From: Promethearchaeota archaeon | GTDB taxonomy: Archaea > Asgardarchaeota > Lokiarchaeia > Sigyniarchaeales > SOKP01 | Reading direction: 5' to 3' | DNA: 64,000 nt | NCBI GenBank assembly: GCA_016839705.1 | Contig: JAEOTR010000014.1 | Coordinates: 63,294 to 127,293, forward strand | Notes under the pieces: generated by a model | The model's database searches: none | Told to the model about the DNA's origin: nothing | The model's input: only the letters and a program-made list of their open reading frames with translations | Part shown: piece by piece, positions 33,380 to 43,472 of the stretch | Layout of the letters: each line of letters starts with the position of its first letter | Position numbering within the stretch: the stretch's first letter is position 1 | Made by a program: the position numbers and the translations under genes

Positions 33380-34345
33380 TTAACTGCTAACAATATCTTT
33401 GAAAATATTGACAAAAGAGTTAAAATCTTGGTTTAAAAAATTAGTATCAAAAGGACCGTGCTTTTTTAAAGCAAGCATATAGTAGGGGAGAGTAGTTTCT
33501 TTTATAGTTATAGGTTTAAACATAAAGTAGTTTCCAGATTTTTTTAAGATGATTTGATCTTCTTGTTTTTCTAACTCCATCTCTTCAAATACGTCATTGA
33601 GAGAAAGAAAATAAGCAATTGTACCACTTAACTTTTTTCTTGAATTATCATCTTTAAAGCAGGAACCCAAAATAATCGAATTTCTATCAACAATAATTAA
33701 ACCTTCACAATCTAATTTTTTCGAATATTCTGTAATGGTTTTTTGAATTAATTCTGATTTTGGGAATAGTTCCAAGAGTAGAGTTGATAAGGCGCTCATG
33801 ATTGTAAACGGATCATAAATTGAAGTTCTATAAAAATTAATCTTCCAATAGTTAGCAGTCTCAACAATTTCTTTTTGCAGTTTTTGAATTTCATTTTCTA
33901 TTTCTTGTTTTACACTTTGTATTAATTTCGGATCATGTTTATGAAAGAAAACATAGACAGGTGGTGATATGTTCAATTCTTTGAACTTTTCAATAACATC
34001 ATAAAAATAACTCATTGATTCTGTTATACGAGAAGTATCTAATATATCAATAACATATATAGCAATTTCTGTATCCTCGAAAAATTTACTTGGGTTTTTC
34101 AAATATGCAATACGGTAACTTTTTTGACCCCCTAAATCCCATTCACTTATCTCTTTTCCTAATAATGTAAAATTGCTTCTCTGAGCACCCCTAGTGGGCT
34201 CAACTAAAGCAATTTTAGAAAATTCTCTCTTTAAGGCTAAGATTATGCTGGTCTTACCCGCAGCATCCAAACCAGTAAATAAAATTTTGAGTGCCTTCTC
34301 TTTAGATTGTCCTTCTTCTTGGAAAAATAATAGTGAGTCTTCCAA
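33380..34345 (-). CDS. Rag/Gtr-like small GTPase with C-terminal roadblock/longin-like domain
   Basis: GLDAAGKTS, PT, WDLGGQ, HKHD, TSIY plus ~125-aa C-terminal domain. Confidence 0.85.
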   Translation of the reverse strand: MEDSLLFFQEEGQSKEKALKILFTGLDAAGKTSIILALKREFSKIALVEPTRGAQRSNFTLLGKEISEWDLGGQKSYRIAYLKNPSKFFEDTEIAIYVIDILDTSRITESMSYFYDVIEKFKELNISPPVYVFFHKHDPKLIQSVKQEIENEIQKLQKEIVETANYWKINFYRTSIYDPFTIMSALSTLLLELFPKSELIQKTITEYSKKLDCEGLIIVDRNSIILGSCFKDDNSRKKLSGTIAYFLSLNDVFEEMELEKQEDQIILKKSGNYFMFKPITIKETTLPYYMLALKKHGPFDTNFLNQDFNSFVNIFKDIVSS

Positions 34346-34535
34346 ATGGTTTTCAACTATAAGTAATTATATGAATATTCCAACCAAGAATTAAACAGAT
34401 AGTCTGTTATTTAAATCTATGGTAAGAGGCACAATTAAGTTTAGATTGAATTATTTTGAATTATTTTTTCCTATTATAATCTCAATTAAATATTTATTAG
34501 TAAAGAAAGAGAAATATTATTAATTCAAATTTTTT

Positions 34536-35981
34536 TTGAATAAAAAAATGAGTGAAAAAGAATTAGAGAAGAATGAAGGTTATTCTTTTAAAAGAGCTGC
34601 TAGCTTTGCTACAGGACAGATAGCTGATCAAGGTGCATATCAAACATTTACATTTTTAGTATTTACGTTCTATTATGCTGTTGTTCAGCTCAATATTACG
34701 CTAATTACAATTGGATTCATAATATGGGCGTTTTGGAATAGTTTTAATGATCCAATGTTAGGTTATTTATCAGACAGAACACATACTAAATTCGGACGTC
34801 GTTTACCATATATTATGATAGCAATAATACCTCTTGGTCTAATCCTATTTTTTCTATTTACCCCTCCACTACCTTTGGGAGTCGCATATCAAATGGGAAA
34901 TTTTATTTATTTCATGGTTATTATAATAGTATTCGAATTCTTCTATACAATGTACAGTCTTAACACTACTTCATTATTTCCAGAAACTTTTATTTCTGAA
35001 GATGAAAGAACTAAAGCCAATAATGTTAGACAAGGATTTCTTATTCTAGGACTAATAGTAGCATTCGTATTACCCGGTCTATTCATTAGCGACTATACTC
35101 CAGATCCAGGAGATTCTGTTGCTATTAATACAGCTTTAGGAGAATATCAGTTATTCGGGATAATAGCAGCAATAATAGTCATCATCATCGGGATTATCTT
35201 CATAGTATTTACTCCAAGAGAAAAAAAGGAATTTAAAGAAGATTATAAAATAGCCCCAAGTTTTTTCAACTCGATTAAGTTGTGTTTGAAAAGTAAATCA
35301 TTCATGTGGTATATTCCTGCGGAAATCGCCAATTGGTTTGTATATGGAATTTTGCCTACACTAATTCCTCTTTATGCAAAAGCTGTATTAGGTATAGTAG
35401 ATCCTCTTATGATATCACTCCTTATGGGAGCGGCTTTTATTTCCTCGGTAATATTTATAACATTCGTATGGAAACCTATAGTTAGAAGGATGGGTAACAG
35501 AAAAGCTTGGATGATTTCAATGTCATCTTGGATCTTGACACTACTTCCATTGATGTTTCTTGGACCAAATATGGATATACTGGCAATAATTGTGTTCTTT
35601 TTTATTGGTTTAGGGCTATCCGGTTCATTTTATATAATCGATTTAGTTGTTAGCGATATAATTGATGAGGATGAAGTTAATACTGGAACACGTAGAGAGG
35701 CGGGATATTATGGTGTGAATGCTTTTTTCTTACGATTAGCTATCATAGTTGTTTTTCTAAGTATTGGTCCAATGTTTATTATTGCAGATTGGCAAGTTTT
35801 TACACTACCAGCTTCCCCAGAAATCCAACTCATGCTTCGAATCTTAATGTTTGTCTATCCTGCAGTAGCATTAGTGATTGCAATTTTATCCATTTATAAG
35901 TATCCTTTACATGGAAAAAGATTAGAACAAGTAAAAGAGAACCTCAAAGAAATACACGAACAGAAAAAAGCTAAATTTTAA
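34536..35981 (+). CDS. MFS glycoside-pentoside-hexuronide (GPH) transporter
   Basis: NDPMLGYLSDRTHTKFGRRLPY, DEDEVNTGTRREAGYYG, about 12 TM segments. Confidence 0.9.
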   Translation: MNKKMSEKELEKNEGYSFKRAASFATGQIADQGAYQTFTFLVFTFYYAVVQLNITLITIGFIIWAFWNSFNDPMLGYLSDRTHTKFGRRLPYIMIAIIPLGLILFFLFTPPLPLGVAYQMGNFIYFMVIIIVFEFFYTMYSLNTTSLFPETFISEDERTKANNVRQGFLILGLIVAFVLPGLFISDYTPDPGDSVAINTALGEYQLFGIIAAIIVIIIGIIFIVFTPREKKEFKEDYKIAPSFFNSIKLCLKSKSFMWYIPAEIANWFVYGILPTLIPLYAKAVLGIVDPLMISLLMGAAFISSVIFITFVWKPIVRRMGNRKAWMISMSSWILTLLPLMFLGPNMDILAIIVFFFIGLGLSGSFYIIDLVVSDIIDEDEVNTGTRREAGYYGVNAFFLRLAIIVVFLSIGPMFIIADWQVFTLPASPEIQLMLRILMFVYPAVALVIAILSIYKYPLHGKRLEQVKENLKEIHEQKKAKF

Positions 35982-35986
35982 ATCTT

Positions 35987-37300
35987 TTATCTTTTTTTTA
36001 TATCTTTCAGTTGTGTTATTCCTAGTCGAATTCTAGATAGAATTTCTTCAAGGTCTTCTTTTTTTACAATTAGCGGGGGCATGATAATGAGAGTGTCTTT
36101 TTTATTCCCACAATAATTGAGAAGTACTCCTTGTTTAATTATAGAAAGCATACTTAGCTGAGAATCCTCTACGTTATTAAATTCTAAACCCCACATTAAT
36201 CCTCTACCCCTTGCTTCTTTTAGGATATCGATATTTTCTTCCACGATTTTCTTTAAACCTTTACCAAAGATATTACCCATCTCTTTCACATGATCCAAAA
36301 AGTTTGGATCAGATTGAATCTTTAGCATTTCGAGAGCCACAGCACAAGCAAGATCTGACCCTCCCGTAGTAGAAATGTGAATAAAAGGATCTTCCTTGAA
36401 AACAGCTTTTTCTATACAAGGTTTGTAACTACACGTTGATAAAGGATAAATTCCAGAACTCATACCTTTTCCGCATACAATAAAATCGGGTACTACTTTT
36501 TCATTGGGATATATTCCGCCATAAATCGCCCAAAAATGTCCAGTCCGCCCAAGTCCTGATTGGACCTCATCCATAATCAGCATTATGCCACTATCATCAC
36601 AAATTTCTCTAACCTCTTGAAAATACCCCTCAGGGGCAATTAAAACACCTCCAGTAGCAGGAATCGTTTCCAAAATTACGCACGCAATATCATCTGTAAT
36701 TGCATTTCTTATAGAATCAGCATCTCCAAAGGGAACCTGCTTAAATTCAGGAAAATTCCATAAAAAGGGATCTTTAAAATCAATGTCCCCGGTTAATAAA
36801 GCAAATCCAGTATGACCATGGTATCCACCTAAGGCAGAAATGCACCCTTTTCTTTTAGTGTAAGCTCTTGAAAACTTGATGGCAGTATCAATTGCTTCAC
36901 CACCACTTACTCCGAATGTTGTTTTACTAATATCACCTGGCATTAATTCCGCTAATTTTTCACCTAAAAGAGCACGCTGCTCTGACAAAAGCATATGATC
37001 ACCGAGGTCTAACCCCCCATCAAGAGCATCTTTAAGAGTTTTAATAATTTTAGGATGGCGATGGCCTAAATTAAAGACGCCTCCCGAGGACCGACAATTA
37101 ATAAGTTCTAATGGAGGTTCATTAGGTCTAGAACCTTCTAAAGTTTTCATATATACACCATTTCTCTCACCGGGAATTACAGCTAAACCGAATCCTTTAA
37201 AAAACCTAGCCTTTGGTTTATTTACATACTTGGCATATAATTTTAGTAATTTCTGTTGAGGTAAAGTTCCTATATATTTTTCTTTCAGATTATCCTTCAT
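35987..37300 (-). CDS. class III PLP aminotransferase (putrescine/ornithine-like)
   Basis: SGGEA, YHGHT, DEVQSGLGRTG, CGKGMSSG. Confidence 0.9.
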   Translation of the reverse strand: MKDNLKEKYIGTLPQQKLLKLYAKYVNKPKARFFKGFGLAVIPGERNGVYMKTLEGSRPNEPPLELINCRSSGGVFNLGHRHPKIIKTLKDALDGGLDLGDHMLLSEQRALLGEKLAELMPGDISKTTFGVSGGEAIDTAIKFSRAYTKRKGCISALGGYHGHTGFALLTGDIDFKDPFLWNFPEFKQVPFGDADSIRNAITDDIACVILETIPATGGVLIAPEGYFQEVREICDDSGIMLIMDEVQSGLGRTGHFWAIYGGIYPNEKVVPDFIVCGKGMSSGIYPLSTCSYKPCIEKAVFKEDPFIHISTTGGSDLACAVALEMLKIQSDPNFLDHVKEMGNIFGKGLKKIVEENIDILKEARGRGLMWGLEFNNVEDSQLSMLSIIKQGVLLNYCGNKKDTLIIMPPLIVKKEDLEEILSRIRLGITQLKDIKKR

Positions 37301-37427
37301 AATTTTAATTAAAACCAGTAAAGTATTTTAAAATTATGGATTGGAGTATTAAACAATTACATAAAAGAAAAAAGGAAATTTAAAAAACTTGTTAAGATTT
37401 TTCTGTCAAGATTGCGATCGGGTTATT

Positions 37428-38297
37428 CTAGAACTCGTAACCGCATTTTTTACAAACACTCTTCTTCGCATACATCGGTATATGTCCCACGTATGAGAGT
37501 ATTTTGCTTTTATCTTCGACAGATTTTATATCATGACCCACAGCACCACACATTGGGCATGTGATACGTTCTTCGGACGCAAATCCACCTGCACCTATAT
37601 CTGGTGGTTTCAATTCTTGTAATTCGGATTCTACTTCACTGAGGTGAGCAGTTGTTGATTCAATGACAGTTTCTTTTTCAGAAAGTGCTTCATTTAACTC
37701 TTGAATTTGTGTATCTCGCTGTAATAAGGTGTTATTTAATTCACCTAGTTGTGAGTTTAATTGAGTAACTTCTTCCTGAGACGCTGAAACTTTAGAAGTC
37801 AATTCTTCAATTTCAGATTTTAATTTAGGAATTTCTTCTACTTTTGCTTCTAACTCGGTGTTGCTTTGTTTAGTTGTTTCTAACTCTGAAGTTATATTTG
37901 CTATATTTTCCTCGGATGTACTTACTTTCGAATCTTTCAAAGCTAGGTTATTTTCAAGATCACTTATTTTAGTCTTAGCTTCTTCTAATTCTGTCTTAAG
38001 CCCGTCATTTTCAGTGGTTAAATTGGTAATAGTTTGATCGTTTTCCCCGATAGTAGCTTGATCATCCGCAAGTGTTTTTTCAAGAGTACTCTTTGTCTCG
38101 TCAAGAGTATTTTTTGTATCAGTAAGTTCAGTTTCAGTTCTTAAAAGTTGTTCTTTTGTTTGAGTTAATTCAGTTTTGGATTCAGATAATTGCTTTTCCA
38201 GATCATTAACTTTAGCTCTAAGGTCTAATAGAAATCTACCCTCAATGGAAACCTTTTTATCAGGTTTTGCTTCGGCTTTTTCCCAGTCAATTGGAAT
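37428..38297 (-). CDS. long coiled-coil protein with C-terminal zinc ribbon; probable ATT start (289 aa, longer than the 170-aa ORF)
   Basis: Frame open from 38297 (IPIDWEKAEAK...) through heptad repeats to CPMCG...CKKCGYEF. Confidence 0.8.
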   Translation of the reverse strand: MPIDWEKAEAKPDKKVSIEGRFLLDLRAKVNDLEKQLSESKTELTQTKEQLLRTETELTDTKNTLDETKSTLEKTLADDQATIGENDQTITNLTTENDGLKTELEEAKTKISDLENNLALKDSKVSTSEENIANITSELETTKQSNTELEAKVEEIPKLKSEIEELTSKVSASQEEVTQLNSQLGELNNTLLQRDTQIQELNEALSEKETVIESTTAHLSEVESELQELKPPDIGAGGFASEERITCPMCGAVGHDIKSVEDKSKILSYVGHIPMYAKKSVCKKCGYEF

Positions 38298-38507
38298 ATT
38301 ATTTCACCTTTGAGTAATTCAAATATCGATAATTTAAAATTGGTTTTTTGAATTAATTTGATTATTAATATATATATCATATTGAATTAAGCTTTTAATT
38401 TTTTTTGACTTTAGGATTTCAAAAATATGTATTAAGTATTATGATTTAATTACTGTTGTGATCATAATATATTATAATGAAATTAATAGTGAATCTCGAT
38501 AAAATAA

Positions 38508-39356
38508 ATGGAACAGAAAGATAGTACGGAATTTAAAATTGATTATATTTCAACATCGGGAGTGTTTAAAACACCTTTTACCCTAATTATACTTTTACAG
38601 TTATTTTTTGGTTTTTCAATTGCATTATTAATCAATATATGGTTTTATAATGATCTTTATTTTCTAATTACAGGAAAAGGTTTTTTATCTTTTATCTTGA
38701 TTGGACAGTGGTGGGAATGGTTTTTACTGCCATTGAATTTGTATGGTAATATCTTTCTTTTTGCTTTTTCTATTATTTTGATTTCCGCAGGGATTAATAA
38801 AGTCTTAAATAGATTATGTCCTCCGAAAGAGGGAGTATTTAACAAAGGAAGTAAAGAATGGAAATATACTCATCGAAGATTTTGGAATGCCTATTTTCCT
38901 ATTTGGTTGGCAAGAGCTATTCCTATACCATGGTCAGATATTTTTGTTTATAGATTATTCGGAGTTCCGATAGGGAAGAATGTTGTTGCTTATGAAGGAT
39001 ATATAGATCCGGAACTAGTGGAAATAGGAGATTTCACCATGACGTCGTTAAACATATGCATTTTCTCGCATTTGATATACCAGGAATATATTATTATCAA
39101 AAAAGTTAAGATCGGTAAGGCTTGTGTTGTTGGACCCCAAACAATAATAAGTCCAGGTACTCATATGAGAGATGGATCAATTTTAGGCGCAAACAGCTAT
39201 ACTTGGATTGATCAAGTATTAGAAGGAGATCTTATCCATGTCGGAACTCCTGTGAGTATAAACTTTCCAATTCAATCCGTAGAAGAATCTCTAGAAAAAG
39301 CAGAAAGGGTAAAGGGAGATGTTTCTGAAAATATTGAAGGAGATGATAAAGTATAA
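38508..39356 (+). CDS. membrane-anchored left-handed beta-helix acyltransferase-like protein
   Basis: Two TM helices, PPKEG, RLFGVPIGKN, hexapeptide repeats. Confidence 0.75.
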   Translation: MEQKDSTEFKIDYISTSGVFKTPFTLIILLQLFFGFSIALLINIWFYNDLYFLITGKGFLSFILIGQWWEWFLLPLNLYGNIFLFAFSIILISAGINKVLNRLCPPKEGVFNKGSKEWKYTHRRFWNAYFPIWLARAIPIPWSDIFVYRLFGVPIGKNVVAYEGYIDPELVEIGDFTMTSLNICIFSHLIYQEYIIIKKVKIGKACVVGPQTIISPGTHMRDGSILGANSYTWIDQVLEGDLIHVGTPVSINFPIQSVEESLEKAERVKGDVSENIEGDDKV

Positions 39357-40094
39357 ATGTTTCAGCCGGCGAGTTTAAAAGGCGATTCCCCTACACCAAT
39401 AGATGAGGGTGTACGAAACAAATATACAATTATATATTACGTAATTATTATACTAAGTTTTATTCCTTGTTCGATCTTTGAATCTATTTATTTAATATAT
39501 TTGTGGAGGGAAGGATATTATTTATTATTCATCATATTGCTCCCTTTTAATTTTTTTATCTTAATGTATATCCTTCAGTTAAGTGCAATTATTTTCTCAT
39601 CGTTGTCATTAATTATTATTAAATTAATATTTCCCCCGAAAGAAGGTAGCTTTTCTCGAGATATTCATGACAAAAACTATTTGTTTTGGAATCTTAGGAA
39701 TATTTCAAAAAAATGGGCTCTGTTTGTTACCGCCTCAAATCCTTTCCCGTGGTTAAAAAATCGGTTTACACTGAGATTTTTTGGGATAAAGATTGGGAAG
39801 AAAACCCTATGCGATACGTGCTGGATTTCTTCAGAATTTATAGAAATTGGTAATAACGTAATTATAGGAATGGGAAGTACTCTGTTAAGTTTTGGAATTG
39901 AGCAAGATAAATTCTTTTTAAAGAAGATTCAAGTGGAGAATAATGTGGTTATTGGAGCAAAATGTGTAGTACTACCCGGGACATCATTTCAAAAAGGAGC
40001 GAAATTATCTGCTCATTCTTATACTCAATTTGACGATAAGTTAGAAGAAAACTCAATTTATTCGGGACATCCTGCAAAATTAAAAGAATCGTAA
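39357..40094 (+). CDS. membrane-anchored left-handed beta-helix acyltransferase-like protein (paralog)
   Basis: TM helices, PPKEG, RFFGIKIGK, VVIGAKCVVLPG, YSGHPAK; abuts previous gene. Confidence 0.78.
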   Translation: MFQPASLKGDSPTPIDEGVRNKYTIIYYVIIILSFIPCSIFESIYLIYLWREGYYLLFIILLPFNFFILMYILQLSAIIFSSLSLIIIKLIFPPKEGSFSRDIHDKNYLFWNLRNISKKWALFVTASNPFPWLKNRFTLRFFGIKIGKKTLCDTCWISSEFIEIGNNVIIGMGSTLLSFGIEQDKFFLKKIQVENNVVIGAKCVVLPGTSFQKGAKLSAHSYTQFDDKLEENSIYSGHPAKLKES

Positions 40095-40099
40095 GTATT

Positions 40100-41695
40100 A
40101 TGACGGTAGAAAAAATTGCAAACTTAAATTCAAAGGGTAAAATTGAAACTAAAAAGAGGTTTGTAATAATCTCTGATACCCATATTAGTCGATCGGGGGG
40201 TGCTTTTAACCTTCATACATTCAATTTAGGCGTAGAACAGATAAATAAAGTAAAAAATGTTGATTTATTTATGCATTTAGGTGATATCACCCAAAATGGT
40301 ACATTATTGGAGTATGAGTATGCTGAAGAGCAGTTAAAAAAATTCCAACCCATTTCTAAATACCCATTAATATCTATTATTGGAAATCATGATGCTATGA
40401 ATGTGGGATACCTCCTTTTCGAAGAAATGATAGGAAAAAGGCATATTGAATATGAGGATGACGAAATCTTTGTAATTGGAATCGATAGTACTAAACCAGA
40501 CTTGCCTGGAGGAATTATCCATCATAATATAATTGAACTTGTAAGAAATGAGTTAATGAAAAGGGAGAGAGAAAATAAATTTAAGGTTGTTTGTTTTCAC
40601 CACCAACTCATTCCGATCCCGAATACTGGAAAAGAAAGATCCGCAATCGATGATTCAGGAGATATGCTACAAATGCTTTTAGAAGCAAAAGCAGATTTAA
40701 TTTTAAATGGTCATCGACACACGTCAAATTTATATACTCTGAGTAATAGTGAAAAAGATCTTTATATTTTTAATGCGGGTACATTTTGTTGTAATAAAAC
40801 AAGATATCGTGATTTATTTACATATGCAATTATTGATATTGAGGGAAGTAAACTCACTTTTAGAGTGATTCCTATACTAGATTCATCAATTTTGCAGGAG
40901 ATTCATCGTGAAGTCAACTATTATCTTCCTTTAGAAATAGAAAAGAATCAAAAACCTCTTTGTCGGTTTATACAATTATCACACTCGTTAATAAATGAAG
41001 AAGTAGAAAATAAAATTACAAATTTTGATAAAGCTATTGAAAGAATAAATAGCTTCAAAGATATAGATTTAGTCATCCATACAGGGAACGTAACACAAAA
41101 CAGTTATAAAGAAGAATTTAGAATAGCCAAGGATAAAATAGAAAAATTAAATTATCCATATTTAGTCGTTCCAGGATATACAGATTCTAAACCCCCCTTT
41201 TGGGAGTACTGGAAAAAGTACTTTGGTGAGTTAGATCCAATCTTTGAAAATGAGAAATTTTATTTTCAGGGATTAAATTCGACTACTAGGGATTCAAAAG
41301 AGGGATTCATAGGGAGAAATAGAATGAATAAGTATATTGAAAAAGTACTATCAATAAGTCATCAAAAAATATTGGGGGTATGTTGTTTTCATAGTCTAAT
41401 CCCAACTCCTTTAAGTGTGTGGAGAACAGAATTAACTGATTCTGGAGATGTTCTCTCTCAATTTTCTCGTTCTCAAATTGACCTTTGCTTAAATAGCTCC
41501 CCCAGTATAGCCTTTAATGTAAAGATTGATAACACTATATTCACCAATGGGGGGAATCTTAATCCTAAAAGATTTAATGATGCTTTTATTGAAATAGAAA
41601 TCTATAAAAAAGGATTTGTTATATTAAAGGAACATGACTTAAAAACCGGGCAAAAGAAAATAGTTGGTGCTTACACTATTACGATTTTTATATAG
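40100..41695 (+). CDS. tandem calcineurin-like metallophosphoesterase (second domain degenerate)
   Basis: Domain 1 DTH/GD/GNHD/HH/GHRH intact; domain 2 SHS/GN/PGYTD/FHS. Confidence 0.85.
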   Translation: MTVEKIANLNSKGKIETKKRFVIISDTHISRSGGAFNLHTFNLGVEQINKVKNVDLFMHLGDITQNGTLLEYEYAEEQLKKFQPISKYPLISIIGNHDAMNVGYLLFEEMIGKRHIEYEDDEIFVIGIDSTKPDLPGGIIHHNIIELVRNELMKRERENKFKVVCFHHQLIPIPNTGKERSAIDDSGDMLQMLLEAKADLILNGHRHTSNLYTLSNSEKDLYIFNAGTFCCNKTRYRDLFTYAIIDIEGSKLTFRVIPILDSSILQEIHREVNYYLPLEIEKNQKPLCRFIQLSHSLINEEVENKITNFDKAIERINSFKDIDLVIHTGNVTQNSYKEEFRIAKDKIEKLNYPYLVVPGYTDSKPPFWEYWKKYFGELDPIFENEKFYFQGLNSTTRDSKEGFIGRNRMNKYIEKVLSISHQKILGVCCFHSLIPTPLSVWRTELTDSGDVLSQFSRSQIDLCLNSSPSIAFNVKIDNTIFTNGGNLNPKRFNDAFIEIEIYKKGFVILKEHDLKTGQKKIVGAYTITIFI

Positions 41696-41806
41696 GTTTA
41701 AAATAAAATTAAAAAGCATATTTTTATTTATAGGATTAAGTAAAGACACTCTTATTAAACAATTTTTAGAGATTTTTTTACAACTAACAAAAGTTATCGT
41801 ATTTTT

Positions 41807-42088
41807 ATGGCTAAAGTCAAATTACATTTATTAAATATTTTTCAACTGAGAACCGACATTAAATTTATAGAATATGAAGGCAAAACCGTTGGTGATATAA
41901 TCTCTCAGTTCCTCAGAGAACATAGCAGTAAATTAGATGACGAGATGCTAAGTAAAAATAAGAAGAAGTTTAATTCTCAAGTACTTATACTGTTAAATGG
42001 AAGAAATATTAAATATCTGAAAGACTACAAAACAAAATTAAAAGACTCTGATGAATTGTATCTTAGTTTTGCTTTAGCAGGGGGGTAA
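41807..42088 (+). CDS. MoaD/SAMP/Urm1-type ubiquitin-like protein
   Basis: TVGDII, ILLNGRNI, C-terminal AGG. Confidence 0.88.
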   Translation: MAKVKLHLLNIFQLRTDIKFIEYEGKTVGDIISQFLREHSSKLDDEMLSKNKKKFNSQVLILLNGRNIKYLKDYKTKLKDSDELYLSFALAGG

Positions 42089-42233
42089 AGCAAATATATC
42101 GAGTTTGTAAACGTTAACCTTAAATATTAAAACTATCATATTTTTTGTACTAAAAGCGATTATTTATTAATAGTATTAAATTTTGAAATAATTAGGAAGG
42201 AGCTTTTAGAAATGCAATTAAGTTATCATATAG

Positions 42234-43178
42234 GTGGAATTTAAAGTGAAGAAAATAGCCTTTTTGGGCTTGGACAACGCCGGCAAGACCAGTATAATTA
42301 CAGCAATTTCACAACGATTTGGATTTGAGGAAACTGTTGCTAAATTAATGCCAACAAGAAGAATTGCTCGTGATACTTTCAAATTTTTAGGATTAGAATT
42401 TTCAAGGCTTGATTTTGGTGGACAGAGAATATATAGAAACGACTATTTAAAACATCCTGAGAAATTCTTGAGTGGAATAGATTTAATCTTCTATGTTATT
42501 GATGCTCAGGATTTTGATAGATACATTGAATCCATAGATTATTTGGAGGAAGTTTTGCTATTTTTTAAAGAAACTCAAGAAGATGTTATGGTTTCAATAC
42601 TTTTTCATAAGTTTGATCCCCAGCTTGTTGATAATGTCGAAATAAACAAAAGAATCCTTACTCTCAAACAAGCTTTAACAAGGTATTCGAATCATTTTGA
42701 TATATTTTTCTTCGAAACCACGATATTTGATATTAAATCGATAATGGATACTTTTTCAAGTGGCCTATCAATGCTATTTGAAAAAATAGAAATGGTTTCT
42801 AACTTATTTTCAGAAATTAGTAAAAATTATAATACAATATTGATATCTTTATTCGATTCGAAAGGTATCACTCTTGGGGAGAGCTATCGTCCTCACTTAC
42901 AATTGACACAGAAATTAAAGATTTATGAAATTTATTTAAATTTACAGAAACGTATTATTGCAGAAAATCGAACGTTATTTGAATTTTCTGATAAGTTTGA
43001 AGATGGGGAGAGATTTTCTGGTATTATAGAAGTATTAAAATTTGGAAAATTAGATTTCTATCTACTATTTATAATAGAAGAAGATGAAACAGATTTAGAG
43101 AAGACAGTATCGCTTTTGGACAAAATTGAAGCGGCAAAACCTCAAATGGAAAATTTGATTTTACAATTAATTCAATAA
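42234..43178 (+). CDS. Rag/Gtr-like small GTPase with C-terminal roadblock/longin-like domain
   Basis: GLDNAGKTS, PT, DFGGQ, HKFD, TTIF plus C-terminal domain. Confidence 0.85.
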   Translation: MEFKVKKIAFLGLDNAGKTSIITAISQRFGFEETVAKLMPTRRIARDTFKFLGLEFSRLDFGGQRIYRNDYLKHPEKFLSGIDLIFYVIDAQDFDRYIESIDYLEEVLLFFKETQEDVMVSILFHKFDPQLVDNVEINKRILTLKQALTRYSNHFDIFFFETTIFDIKSIMDTFSSGLSMLFEKIEMVSNLFSEISKNYNTILISLFDSKGITLGESYRPHLQLTQKLKIYEIYLNLQKRIIAENRTLFEFSDKFEDGERFSGIIEVLKFGKLDFYLLFIIEEDETDLEKTVSLLDKIEAAKPQMENLILQLIQ

Positions 43179-43230
43179 AATATAGATCCACTTTTTTAAT
43201 AACAAAAGTAATTTCTTAAGTTTAGAAGAA

Positions 43231-43335
43231 CGCAGATGGAGGGACTCGAACCCCCGAACGCTTCCGCGCACCAGCTTTCTCGAATGATGAGAAAGATACT
43301 CGAAGCTGGCGTCTTACCAGCTAGGCTACATCTGC
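43231..43335 (-). tRNA. tRNA-Ser(CGA) with 22-nt intron at 37/38 (43277-43298)
   Basis: Acceptor GCAGATG/CATCTGC plus G73, anticodon stem CCAGC/GCTGG, CGA at 43300-43302, long variable arm, GGTTCGAGTCC T-arm, bulge-helix-bulge. Confidence 0.92.
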
Positions 43336-43472
43336 TTTATGTGAATCTATTTAAAATGTTATACTGAATACAATTCCTTATTAAATTTAAAACATATCAA
43401 ATTTAAAATTCTTACTCTTTAGGATAACGGGGAGTAAATATATAATCTTTGTTTGAATTTATGTTTAAAATG

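Noticed and set aside
43231-43335. tRNA-Sec, given the selenoprotein genes
   Set aside because: Anticodon is CGA and the acceptor stem is a normal 7 bp; this is tRNA-Ser
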